Shown: positions 1 to 11,248, counted from the stretch's first letter. The stretch: DNA of 39,399 nt from Dimorphilus gyrociliatus (GCA_904063045.1 CAJFCJ010000192.1:1-39399), one strand, 5' to 3'. The notes: generated from the sequence alone by a model not told the origin. Numbers and translations are program-made.

Positions 1-185
1 TTCTAAATTTTATAAGTTTAAATTCTAATAAAAATCAAACCATATAAGATTTTAGAAAGGCAATTTTTAATATTATATAACTGAATATACATTGTAAGTA
101 TTATTAGACTCTTTATTTTTTATTATTATAACATTTTATATACAAAACTTTTACACAGCAAAGAAAAATAAAGGTTTTGAAAGCA

Positions 186-1121
186 TTATAGGAAATAGTA
201 AACTCCTTTAAAGTAGTTAACTAACAAGAATGAGTTTTTCTTTACCTTTACGTTGTAATTCTTTTTTAATCCGGTCCCGTAGTTTTTCATATCCAAATAA
301 AGTATGATAGCTGCAGAAATATGTACACAACATACATAAGAAATAGTCAACCAAAAAAATACTAGCCTTATCGGGACAGTTTGATTAACAATCAATATAG
401 ATAATAAATACAAAATTAAACATAGGTTAATGACAGTAATAATTAAAGTAATTCTGCTATAAATAATTTTTTCTTTGTTTATATTAGCTCTTAGGAAAAG
501 AAAAGACGTAATATAATTTATACAGATTACTATTCGTAAAATAGTTTCCTGCTTAGTTTTAAAGTTAGATGTAAAAATAGATCCAAAGGTCGAAACACCT
601 ATTTGTAAGAAAATATCACGTATTATATACGTATTTATCCTAATTCTATATGCTTCTAAATTATAACTAATTCACTTACTTATCATATAAAAATTTTGTC
701 CTATTCTTCTATATAAGTCCCAATTGTATTCTGCGTCTTTTCCATGAATAAAACTATAAACTGACACATAATCATACAACTTTATAGGAACTTGGAAGAA
801 GAAGAACATTGAAGTAAACCCTGGTATTTTATCGTTTTGTAAAAATTCTAAAATTATGTATAATAAAAATAAGTTGTTAAAGATCGTTAAATATAAATAT
901 GCTCTTAGATAGCTTATTCGTTTAGTAAATATTCCAATCATTATCCATGAAGGTAAATAGATCAGGCTCAGCATATAATCAATACTTATGAACTGAAAAT
1001 TTGGAATTATCATGTCTTTAAACACTCTCCCAAAATAAAGACCAAGTACAGTTAAGTAGAATTGAGCCATATTAGATATAAAAATTGAAGTAATCATAGA
1101 GTTTTCAGCTCTTATAATCAT
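186..1121 (-). CDS. Multi-pass membrane protein, UPF0658-like; two exons (1121-680, 655-186), 303 aa after splicing
   Basis: ORFs 672..1121 and 186..413 are in one frame, open from 655 to 186, and the only stop (TGA 672-674) lies inside a 24-nt GTAAGT..TAATTTAG intron. Spliced junction reads W..Y.RIG...KAY.IR; C-terminus has KNYGTGLK, like the NFGKGLK end I recall for fungal UPF0658 proteins. Confidence 0.8.
656..679 (-). other. Spliceosomal intron, 24 nt, phase 1
   Basis: GTAAGTGAATTAGTTATAATTTAG: microsporidian 5' site GTAAGT, TAAT branch motif close to the 3' AG. Removal gives A|AA (Lys) and removes the stop. Confidence 0.85.
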
Positions 1122-1257
1122 TTTAAATACAATTAGCTTTAAATTTTAAATAAATTAAAGAAGTTCTAAAAAAGAGTCTAGTATCTAAAACACGTGTTTC
1201 CTTTGATATATTAAAAATTAGCAGTTTGTTTTTAGTATGATATTTCTAAATATTTAT

Positions 1258-2391
1258 TGTTAGATCGAATAACATACCCCTCGACGAATAAACGTTCCTT
1301 TAATTCCTATTAATTTACCATAAAATTTACTTTTTTTATTATTTTTAACCCCTATTGCAATGTTTTGGTAAGGACGAATAAGCGTCCCTACCAAAATAGC
1401 ACAAGTAGCTTAGGGTGGGGATAGGTAAATTAATAGGATTTTTGAGCTTTTTGTCAAGGTTTGACGAATAAGCGTCCCTACCAAAATAGCATAGAAAAAA
1501 TTATATTAATTTAGTATAAATTTTTTTAATAAATATTTAGCTATTAATTTTCTATAATTTTTATAGTTGAACCATCTACTACTCTTTGAGTCATGTGTTC
1601 ATCTTGTATCGTAATAGTATTTCTCGAAACATGAATAATTGTATATATTTCATCATGGTATAAAGATACAAGTGGATGACGTCTTGTACTAACGTTAGAA
1701 TCAAAGTCTTTAGCAATAATACATCTATCACCAATATTAATTTCTCTATCTCCTACAGTTCTCCTATTATATTCTTCCTTATACCTTCTAACATAATCTA
1801 TATAAAAATTTCTTGCATCTTGTAATATTTCAATTCTATTACTGTTCATATCATTAGGATCGACTCCCTCAACAGTACAAATGGCTTAAAACTTGTTGCA
1901 CTGTGGACTGTATTATTATACTAAATTTATATGAAATTGTAAACTAAGACAGAAATAATCGTATGATAAAGAATCTTAGTTTTTAATTTTTACCAAAAAA
2001 GTTGCAGAATAATTTTTTTAAAAACTACAATTAAATATGAATAAATGTATATTACAGATGAAAAATAGTAAATTGATCTTGTTACAAAACAATAATAAGA
2101 ATTAATAGCTAAATATTTATTAAAAAATTTATACTAAATTAATATAATTTTTTCTATGCTATTTTGGTAGGGACGCTTATTCGTCAAACCTTGACAAAAA
2201 GCTCAAAAATCCTATTAATTTACCTATCCCCACCCTAAGCTACTTGTGCTATTTTGGTAGGGACGCTTATTCGTCCTTACCAAAACATTGCAATAGGGGT
2301 TAAAAATAATAAAAAAAAGTAAATTTTATGGTAAATTAATAGGAATTAAAGGAACGTTTATTCGTCGAGGGGTATGTTATTCGACCCAACA
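1258..2391 (-). mobile_element. Non-autonomous Ginger-like (integrase-type DDE) DNA transposon with ~292-bp TIRs
   Basis: Near-perfect inverted repeats 1258-1549 and 2100-2391, TGT...ACA termini, 5-bp TSD TTTAT (1253-1257, 2392-2396). The interior retains an integrase C-terminal remnant. Confidence 0.85.
1544..1915 (-). pseudogene. C-terminal fragment of a retroviral-integrase-like transposase
   Basis: YNNTVHSATSFKPF (integrase YN..HS.T...PF motif), a 1-nt frameshift, then the 101-aa ORF with IGDRCIIAKDFDSN..TRR. The catalytic N-terminal part is absent. Confidence 0.7.
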
Positions 2392-2850
2392 TTTATTTTA
2401 TAAAAATATAAATTTATTGAGATCTATATGGGAATTTTTATTTAATTAATCCTAAATTAGAATCTAAAATCTATATTTATGGTAGAAACATTCTAATTAT
2501 AAGATAACTTCTTTGTTAAATTTAATGAATTAGAAAAAGCTATTAAAGTTAGTTTTTATAAATTTAAATATTTATAGATATCTTTAATATAACCTTTTAA
2601 TCTAAACATGAATCGAATTACAGTGTATTATAAGAACCATATACTTTTTATGTTAAAATTTAATAAAAATCTAACTTTTTACTAAAATATTTATTTAATA
2701 TTCTTCTTATAATAAATATAAAATTTCATAAAGTTTAATTGCCTAAAAATAGTAATATTTGCTAAAGATACTTAAAATCTAGTAAGAAGCCGTTTTTGAT
2801 AAACTTTTCAATTAAATAATTAAAAGTATTGATTTATTATTTGTATTTGA

Positions 2851-3950
2851 TTATAAAGGAAAATCTGGATCAACGTTATCTTTATAACTCTTAAATCCAC
2901 CTTCTATTACAAAACATTCATAACCTTTATTAGTTAATAAATTAGCAGCTGTAATAGCTGATATTCCTTTATTACATAAAACAGCAATTTTCTTATCCAT
3001 TTCTAATGTTATTGGTTCATTTTTAAGTATTTCTAGATGAATATTTATAGATTCATTGATAGAGATTATTTCATATTCTTTTTTATCTCTTATGTCTATT
3101 ATTATATACTTATCCTTATTTTTAATTAAAGAACACCAATCAATATATTGAGTATTATTGGGTTTAGAGTTATTCAAAGAACATCTAATACTTTCGACTT
3201 TAATAGGTAGCTTTTGGCATGCAATACAACTTTCTTGTTTATCTCTAATTTTAATATTTATAAATGAAGATCTTAATCCATCAAAAAGCAAGAGTTGAGG
3301 TTTATAATTACCTATTAAAAATTTTATTGCCTCAACTGCTTGTATACTTCCTATAAGACCACACATAGGACCAATTATGCCTGTTTGATCACAATTCATA
3401 GTTTTATTCTTAACTCTGGGTATAAACATCTATAACAGCCACTTTCCTTAGTAAAAACGTAAACATGCCCTTCCCACTTTTGAACAGAAGCACAAATAAA
3501 GTTAACATCGTAAAATCTACAGCTATCGTTTAACAAGTACCTTGTAATAATATTATCAGTACAATCAAGAACAAGATCATAATTTTTGATAATATCTATT
3601 GTTTTATGGGAAAACATATAATTTATTGCTCGTATTTCTATTTTAGAATTCATTGTTTTTAAAAGTGAAACTAAGCTTACAGCTTTACTTTCGCCTATAT
3701 TATTTTCATTGTAGCATATTTGTCTCTGCAAATTATGTTCTTCTACTAAATCATGATCTATTATATCTATTGAGCCAATTCCTGCCATTGTTAAATACAT
3801 AGAAACCGGTGCTCCTAAACCGCCAGCACCAACTATCAAAATTTTTGAGTTTAAAAGTTTTCTTTGGTTTAAACTTCCGAAATTGTCAATAATAATTTGA
3901 CGTGAATATTTTTTTATTTCTTGGTTATTTAAAATAGAATTAAAGTCCAT
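2851..3950 (-). CDS. UBA4: Uba4/MOCS3 (ThiF adenylyltransferase plus rhodanese), split by a 1-nt frameshift near 3400
   Basis: YSRQI, GAGGLG, DHDLVEEHNLQRQ, DCTDN and CYRCLYP in 3396..3950; NCDQTGIIG and a rhodanese domain (IIDIR, CNKG, GGFKSY) in 2851..3429. Confidence 0.9.
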
Positions 3951-4141
3951 TTATGGGGCTCATAAAATAAATTTAAATTTAATTCTATGTATAAATTAGT
4001 TTAATTTATGAAAATATTATTAACGTGAGTTGATACTTTTAAATTTAAAATGATTTTAATTTTTAATTTTATAGATTTACTGCTAAAGGAAGAAAAATAC
4101 AAATTTAAAAAGATTTTATTCAGAAAAAATTTAACCCTTCA

Positions 4142-4339
4142 ATGCCAAAGAGAAAAAACACATCTAACCATAATCGATCCAGAAAAGATCATAGAAGGCC
4201 AATAAGAAAGCCTGGTAAAAATGCACCTTTAAAATTTAGAGGAGGAGACCTCAAAGAAATAAGAAATACCATATATTCTCAAAAATATAATGGAATAGGA
4301 AGAATGGCATATGAAGAAAAGAATGGAGTTCAAGAATGA
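4142..4339 (+). CDS. RPL29: 60S ribosomal protein L29 (eL29)
   Basis: MPKRKNTSNHNRSRKDHR matches the eL29 N-terminus; AAATTT and CCC motifs precede the ATG. Confidence 0.88.
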   Translation: MPKRKNTSNHNRSRKDHRRPIRKPGKNAPLKFRGGDLKEIRNTIYSQKYNGIGRMAYEEKNGVQE

Positions 4340-4544
4340 CTTTAATTAAAATATAAGTTTTTAAAAACACTTTTTTGATACCACAAGTTGTAGCACCTTA
4401 GAGTTTCCTATAAGAATTACTTAAACAAGTAATATTAATTTTTATATCATAAGTTATCACTTCATTTTTCAATTCTTATATTTTAATTATGGATTATTTT
4501 TATATCATGAGTTATTACTTCTAATATAAATTTTCTATTATAAA

Positions 4545-6383
4545 TCAAATTTTTTCAAGTAAAACCAAATTATTTGGTAATTTTTCAAAAAAGTCAAAAT
4601 AAATAAAAGTCTTTCTTTTTATGATTTTATACCTTTTTGATATTAAGTCTTCATATAAAATATAATTTCTTTCATGCATAACAATCAAATCAGATTTTAA
4701 TTTTTTAAATTTTTTTTTAAATGCACGAAAATACTTATCAGAGGTTAAAACTTTAACTTTTCTATCATTTTCTGTTATATATTCTCCTAGTATTCTTAAT
4801 AAAATGTTTTTTAGTTTTTTTTTGTTAAAAACATTTTTTAGTTCAAAAAAATTTAATTTATTTGTTTTTTTTAGTAAATTCAATAATTTATTTTTTAAAC
4901 TGTTTATGCAAATATTTTCTTTTCTTATATCATAAATTTTTGGGTTTTCTATTTTTTCGTAAATATCTGGATTATTATGTAAAAATTTTATACTTGGTTT
5001 TGTTAAAAATGAATAACATGGAAGAGAATAAGAAGTTACACAAAAAAATATATTTTTTTCTTCATTTTTTATATTATACAAAATGTTATAATTTTGATGT
5101 GAATATCCTATAAAAATAGATATAAATAAAACTAGGGAGTTAATTAGAAATATATTCTTTGTTAGATATTTACTACTGATTATGTTTATGAATGGTATTA
5201 TAGGTAATAAAAATCTCATTTCTTTATGTGCTATTAAAGAATAAAATATTATAAATAGTAGGATTGGTAGATATAAGTCTTTTTCTGAGAGAATCTTAAT
5301 TTTTTTATTTTTACTATCTTTTAAGTTTAATTTTGAATTCTTTTTTTCATAAAAATTTTTTTGTGGTGTTTTTTGTTCTTCCCCATTTTTAGTTTTATTT
5401 TTAGCTTTTTCTATTTTTCTTAAAAAAGTAATTTTGTATATTTTTTTAAGAACAGGTGTAAAAATAAGTAGATAATTTAGACCACATAATACAAAGCAAT
5501 ACCAGAAATATACAAAAAATGGAGATTTTCCAAAAAGTTCGCTAACTTTATAATACATATTAACTTTGACAAAATTTAAAGGTGGTATTAAAAGTTCATC
5601 ATATACTAAACTATCAATAATAATCATATATAACAAAACACTAACTGAAAGAATGGCATAGTTTTTTAGAATTTTTAAAATTCCTAATTTAAAAACTATT
5701 TCTATAAAAAAAGGAATTGTTATTACGATCGAAGATGGACGCAAATAAAACATAAAAACAGCCAATAAAAACACTTTTTTTAAACAATTTCTTACTGCAA
5801 AGTTATTTGAATTTCTATTATTTTTTAGAACTTTTGTAAATTCCGTATCGTGGCAATTTTTATTTCTTAAATCAAAAATGGCTTTACTAAAATAGTAAAA
5901 AATAATTATAGAAACACACATTTCGAAAGAATTTATATGTGAACGTGGAGAATACAACCACAATCCATGACTAATTAGTGTATTAATATATACCTTGTTT
6001 CTATTAAATCCATACAAACAACCAGTTTTAACAGTAAATAAATCACAAATAGCAGCTATTATAGCATTAACAATTCTTATAATTGAAAAACAGTTGTTTA
6101 AATAAAAATTAGAATTAAAAAAAATCGATAGATAGTAAACAATAATTGATGGTACATAATAAATCAATGGATAGTTGAATGATCTTATTCCCAGTTGCCA
6201 ATCCCATGTTAATCTACCTTTCCCAAGAATAAAATAGTTGATAGGTTCAATGTTCTGCCAAATTTCATCAGGCTCAAAGATTGTTCTTAAAGAAAAAGCA
6301 TTAATGATTCTAAATAGCATAAAAGTGTAAAAAATAGAAAATTCTCTGTTTTTTATAATTTTTAAAATATTTTGAAATTTCAT
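4545..6383 (-). CDS. GPI10: GPI mannosyltransferase 3 (PIG-B/Gpi10, GT22 family)
   Basis: RTIFEPDEIWQNIEP, TWDWQLGIRS, HKEMRFLLP and many TM segments. First ATG is at 6383; the track's longer start is a TTG inside the repeat array. Confidence 0.85.
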   Translation of the reverse strand: MKFQNILKIIKNREFSIFYTFMLFRIINAFSLRTIFEPDEIWQNIEPINYFILGKGRLTWDWQLGIRSFNYPLIYYVPSIIVYYLSIFFNSNFYLNNCFSIIRIVNAIIAAICDLFTVKTGCLYGFNRNKVYINTLISHGLWLYSPRSHINSFEMCVSIIIFYYFSKAIFDLRNKNCHDTEFTKVLKNNRNSNNFAVRNCLKKVFLLAVFMFYLRPSSIVITIPFFIEIVFKLGILKILKNYAILSVSVLLYMIIIDSLVYDELLIPPLNFVKVNMYYKVSELFGKSPFFVYFWYCFVLCGLNYLLIFTPVLKKIYKITFLRKIEKAKNKTKNGEEQKTPQKNFYEKKNSKLNLKDSKNKKIKILSEKDLYLPILLFIIFYSLIAHKEMRFLLPIIPFINIISSKYLTKNIFLINSLVLFISIFIGYSHQNYNILYNIKNEEKNIFFCVTSYSLPCYSFLTKPSIKFLHNNPDIYEKIENPKIYDIRKENICINSLKNKLLNLLKKTNKLNFFELKNVFNKKKLKNILLRILGEYITENDRKVKVLTSDKYFRAFKKKFKKLKSDLIVMHERNYILYEDLISKRYKIIKRKTFIYFDFFEKLPNNLVLLEKI

Positions 6384-6384
6384 G

Positions 6385-6915
6385 AATTTTATTTTTTTTT
6401 TGTTTAAATTATTTTTGTTTATGCAATCTAGAATTATATTTAACAATTAAAGAATAATTTTAAAAAGTTTTATTTTTTTTTGTTTAAATTATTTTTGTTT
6501 ATGCAATCTAGAATTATATTTAACAATTAAAGAATAATTTTAAAAAGTTTTATTTTTTTTTGTTTAAATTATTTTTGTTTATGCAATCTAGAATTATATT
6601 TAACAATTAAAGAATAATTTTAAAAAGTTTTATTTTTTTTTGTTTAAATTATTTTTGTTTATGCAATCTAGAATTATATTTAACAATTAAAGAATAATTT
6701 TTGAAATTTCATGAATTAATTTTTTTTTTGTTTAAATTATTTTTGTTTATGCAATCTAGAAGTATATTTAACAATTAAAGAATAATTTTTGAAATTTCAT
6801 GAATTTTATTTTTTTTTTGTTTAAATTATTTTTGTTTATGCAATCTAGAAGTATATTTAACAATTAAAGAATAATTTTAAAAAGTTTTATTTTTTTTTGT
6901 TTAAATCAATCTAGA
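6385..6915. repeat. Tandem array, ~7 copies of an 80-89 bp unit
   Basis: atgcaatctaga recurs at 6421, 6501, 6581, 6661, 6749 and 6838, with a truncated last unit near 6907. Confidence 0.95.
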
Positions 6916-7682
6916 ATTATATTCGACCCAACAAAGAATAATGACAAAAAACTGTTAAAATTTATATTACAAATATTTAACGAACCTCTAATTAATAAGT
7001 ATAGTACAAGGTAAAGAAAGTTGAATAAATTTAAAAAAATGCATCTTTTAATTTAAATTATACTCTGTAATGTTAATATAAATAACTTACAACTTTAATT
7101 TATTATGATATATCTTATTAATAATGAAATTTTATAAAAATATCTAAAACTTTAATAAAAATAAATTATTATTAATATTTAATTATTTCTCTACTTAAAC
7201 TTAATTCTCTTGTATATTATTTTTTATTGAATTCATTTAATTATTTTTTTTATTTGACTTTTTTAAAAAAATTATTTTCTTTTTGAAGTTTCAAATGAGA
7301 TGTAATTAATTCTAATAGTTTATATTAATAATATATTATAATAATAATAACAATAATAATTTATTATTTTATATTTTAAATAATATAGTATTCAACAAAA
7401 CAACTAAATTTCTAGCTTAAATAACATAAACAATATATTTTATTAATATAAAAGCCTCATAAATAATATATTTCTTTTATTCTATTACAAAAGCTATTGA
7501 ATTCATATTAGAACACTAGGATTGTATAAAATGTTGATATGAAAATCATTGTTTTAATTTTGATAATAATTTGAGATTTAGATTAGTTTTTGTATTAATT
7601 TTTGATATATGAATATAATTAAAGATGTATTATTGTTTTATATTGATTTTACAGTAAACTTTAGTAAGTCTGTCTATTTTTT

Positions 7683-7815
7683 TTTAAAAAATTAAAAAAT
7701 TAAAAAAATTAAGAAATTAAAAAAATAAAAAATTTAAAAATTTAAAAAAATTCAAAAATTTAAAAAAATTCAAAAAATATAAAAATTAAAAATATAAAAA
7801 TTAAAAATATAAAAA
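7683..7815. repeat. Low-complexity (A5-7 T2-3)n tract
   Basis: Repeated aaaaatt/aaaaaattc units upstream of the SWIB gene. Confidence 0.8.
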
Positions 7816-7902
7816 ATTATTTATTGTTAAAAATAACTCAGAAAGATAGTACTTTAAAAATTAATTCTTACATAAACAATTTTTAAAAAATATCTACCCT
7901 CA

Positions 7903-9030
7903 ATGATAGAAAAATTGATAAAAAAATTAAAAACATTAGATATCAAAATAGATAAAGCTGTACTCAAAGAAAAGTTATTACAGGAAGAACAACACTGCCA
8001 GAGAATATCTTGTAATAAAAGATTAAGAGTTTTTTTATTTTTTGAAAATTTTAAAAATTTAGAAAGCGGTGAAAAAAATTGTTATCTAAGGGTGGACGGT
8101 TTGGTTTTAAATGATTATAAGAATGATATTAATATGAAGTTCTCTGATGTTATATACTCTTTATCAGTTAGGATGGATGATGATGTTTATAGATGGATAA
8201 AAAATGATAAAGAAGATTTAAAATTGGAATCTTTTGAATTGAAATTAAATAAAAGTGTGGAAAAAGTCTTTTTGACTTTTGAACTTGAAAATACCAGGGA
8301 TTGTTATCAAGTCTCTGATAAATTGGCAGTAATTATCAGAGGTTCTATTAATATTCATCCTTTAGAAAATGAAATTGTTGAAAGTAAAACAAATATTTTA
8401 ATACTTACCTGGAAATATATTAAAAATAATAAATTACTTGATAATGAAATAGTAAAATGTGATGAAAAGTTAAAAGATTGCTTTGGTGTTGATAATTTTA
8501 ATATTTTAGAACTAGAAAAATATGTAGATAAACATTTATTCCCTCTTAAACCTATAAGAATAGAAATACCAACCAAGTGCAATGATAAAGAAAATATTAC
8601 AAATTCTAATCAAAATACTGAAAAAGACTCCAATAAGGAAAATAGTAGTGTAGAAAATACTAATGAGTCATCTTCTGATAACTACTATGAAAATTTAGAA
8701 GAGAAAGATGGAAAACTCGTATATAAACGAATATTTGATATTCCAATTATATTAGATGACCTATTTGAGTTTCCTATTTTGTATAACAATAGAAGTATTA
8801 ATGAAATAGAACGTAAGTCTAATCAGTTATTTGATTTAATCTCAAGAATAGATGAGAAAATAGATATTATAGGTGATTATGAGAAAAAACCTATAGATGC
8901 TATAAACAAATGGATTGTAAATGAAAGTGTTAAGACAATAGAAGAAGATATATATATAGGAGATGAGAACTTCTTCTATGATTATGTAATTCAAAATGTT
9001 ATACTAGAACTACTCAAATATTATAAATAA
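7903..9030 (+). CDS. SWIB-domain SWI/SNF subunit (Snf12/Rsc6/BAF60-like)
   Basis: KRLRVFL N-terminal block; SWIB core ILILTWKYIKNNKLLD..IVKCDEKLKDCFG; CCC motif before ATG. Confidence 0.8.
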   Translation: MIEKLIKKLKTLDIKIDKAVLKEKLLQEEQHCQRISCNKRLRVFLFFENFKNLESGEKNCYLRVDGLVLNDYKNDINMKFSDVIYSLSVRMDDDVYRWIKNDKEDLKLESFELKLNKSVEKVFLTFELENTRDCYQVSDKLAVIIRGSINIHPLENEIVESKTNILILTWKYIKNNKLLDNEIVKCDEKLKDCFGVDNFNILELEKYVDKHLFPLKPIRIEIPTKCNDKENITNSNQNTEKDSNKENSSVENTNESSSDNYYENLEEKDGKLVYKRIFDIPIILDDLFEFPILYNNRSINEIERKSNQLFDLISRIDEKIDIIGDYEKKPIDAINKWIVNESVKTIEEDIYIGDENFFYDYVIQNVILELLKYYK

Positions 9031-9156
9031 TTATTATATTCATTAATAAAGTCTTCTATAAACACTTTTTCCTCTAATATTTTCATTTTTAGAAACTTTA
9101 TTTACTTTAAATATACTCTCAATATTAAGAAAAATTGTAAATTCTCAAAAGTTATT

Positions 9157-10995
9157 TTAATTATTTTCTTTAGTTAAAGACAACAGAAGTTCTAAATTGA
9201 GTTCGAAAGCTGAACAAATAAAAGGAACGTTATAATATTTAGTAATTTCTGGATCAACTATACCAAACATTCCAACTATTTGGTTCTTAACAACTACAAA
9301 ACCAGATCTTTCTTTAAAATATACGTTAAAAATGTGACTAGTATTGCTTAATTGGTTGTGTTCCTTTAAAGAATTAAAGTTACGATATTCGAAATCATTT
9401 ATATTTAATCTTGAAAGTAAATGGGATAGAATTCCATGAATTTTATCAAAACAGCTAACTTTATCAGCAATAACACCACATATATTCCTTTGATTATAAG
9501 AATTGTCGATTTGACTGTTTATTTCCTGTATTTTGCTTCTTTTATTTTGATTATTGGTATTTTTTTTAATAACAACATCAGAAATTTCAAAACAGTTTAT
9601 TGGTTGTACATGATGTTGATTATTATAGATAAATTTAAGAATACCAATCATCAAACTAGTAGACATGCTTTCTGTCTCCTTCACCTTAGGATTTGTTACA
9701 TTCACGATTAAATCTTCTACACTTTTTATTTTGTAGTCAGAAAATAGCCTTGTTGATTCGATACCGTTTAATATAGCCAAATTATCTTCTTTCGATACTA
9801 AAGTTAAACTCATAACTTCATTGAAACCAAGAAATGCGCATTCCATACGTGCCTTATCAGTCAAGTTGTTTATACGTAATTTTTTACCACTTGAGTGAAA
9901 TTGGACGGGGGTTCTTTCAAAGTTATCAAAATCATGGGCTATTGATAAATCTTCTAATATGTCTGTTTTATGAATAACATCAGGTCTTAAATAAGGAACA
10001 GTTATACGGATTTGTTCTTTTTTATCAACAATCTCCATCTTTACATCGTACATCATACTAAATAAATAGTCTATATAACAATCTAAAGGTTGTTTTATAT
10101 CTAATTCTTTGTCTATTTCTGCTTTTGTTAAATAAAAAACTTTGTCTTCAAATTTTGGTGTTTTAACAATTCCATTGTTTTGTGGAGACTCAATAGTTGA
10201 TTGATAAACCTCACAATCTGGATTTGAGTGTATTAGAAAGGATACGATTAACTCCAAAGCCAGGTTTATCTTAAATTGGTCATTTCCAGTAGACTCTATT
10301 AACAGACTGGTAGTATTTTCTTCAATTTTAGAATACTCAGAATTAATAACAGGTGGTAAAGAAATCACCTCATCTCTTTTATCTAAAATCATGTCCAAGT
10401 CGTTTTTAATGTATTTAGATAAACGTTTATCACATTTTAATTTATGAATAGTATTCGAATCTTGAGTTGTATTTTCTGTTAATTTAACATTTGAAAGTGC
10501 AAGAGTTTCAAATTCTCTTCCATCGTATGGTTTATGAATGAGAGGAAATTCTATTTTATTGAAATCATGAATTCCAATGGCAATGTATTTTCTATCTCTA
10601 CCTAAATTATAATGTAAAAGTTCCTGAAAATCAATTAAAGTTTGAAGGTTTTCTTTTAAATTGATATTTTTAATAACTACAGCACCTATAAAATTTTTTG
10701 ATTGATTTTTTACTATAAAATTACTTTTATCAGAAATTCTTAAATTTTGAAGTTTTTTGCTAAAATCCTCTTTGTTGTTGCCACCATCCAAGAATGTTCT
10801 TAATGCATGTAAAAGACCATACTTGTTGAATAAGTCATATCTATTTGCAGGCAATTCTATTTTATAATAACTAATACCATCTTCTATAATCTCATCATCA
10901 ATTTCTAAACCAAATCTAAAAAGAAAGTCTTCGATATTATCGATTTCTGTTATATTTTTCCTTAGGTAATCTTTTTCTACTCGTATTGTTGGCAT
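9157..10995 (-). CDS. FRS1: Phenylalanyl-tRNA synthetase beta subunit
   Basis: MPTI start, ELPANRYDL, AIGIHD, LPPVINS, RPDVIHKTDILED. Confidence 0.95.
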   Translation of the reverse strand: MPTIRVEKDYLRKNITEIDNIEDFLFRFGLEIDDEIIEDGISYYKIELPANRYDLFNKYGLLHALRTFLDGGNNKEDFSKKLQNLRISDKSNFIVKNQSKNFIGAVVIKNINLKENLQTLIDFQELLHYNLGRDRKYIAIGIHDFNKIEFPLIHKPYDGREFETLALSNVKLTENTTQDSNTIHKLKCDKRLSKYIKNDLDMILDKRDEVISLPPVINSEYSKIEENTTSLLIESTGNDQFKINLALELIVSFLIHSNPDCEVYQSTIESPQNNGIVKTPKFEDKVFYLTKAEIDKELDIKQPLDCYIDYLFSMMYDVKMEIVDKKEQIRITVPYLRPDVIHKTDILEDLSIAHDFDNFERTPVQFHSSGKKLRINNLTDKARMECAFLGFNEVMSLTLVSKEDNLAILNGIESTRLFSDYKIKSVEDLIVNVTNPKVKETESMSTSLMIGILKFIYNNQHHVQPINCFEISDVVIKKNTNNQNKRSKIQEINSQIDNSYNQRNICGVIADKVSCFDKIHGILSHLLSRLNINDFEYRNFNSLKEHNQLSNTSHIFNVYFKERSGFVVVKNQIVGMFGIVDPEITKYYNVPFICSAFELNLELLLSLTKENN

Positions 10996-11248
10996 TTAGA
11001 AGGGTAAAATTTTTGCTTTACATAAAATTGCTTTATTTGTATAAATATTCAAAAAAATATCTAAAAAATTTCTTATTTAGGTAAAATTAAAAATACGCTT
11101 TTTAAGATAAAATGATAAATAAAAGATTTAATTGGAAATTTAAATTACTAGAAATATAAATGTTAAATTATTAAAAATGTTAAATTGAAAGTAGAAAATA
11201 CAAATTCTAAACAATTAATTTTGTAATAAAAAAACTCGTGAAAAATCG

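Noticed and set aside
672-674. TGA readthrough, selenocysteine or alternative genetic code
   Set aside because: An intron explains it. The equivalent site at 13685 needs a frame change that readthrough cannot give, and TGA ends other genes normally.
1186-1199. Palindrome AAACACGTGTTT (E-box-like) upstream of the first membrane gene
   Set aside because: Single occurrence, not found before the paralog.
8401-8412. ATACTTACCTGG, identical to the U1 snRNA 5' end
   Set aside because: Lies in frame in the SWIB domain (I-L-T-W), with no U1 stem-loops or Sm site downstream.
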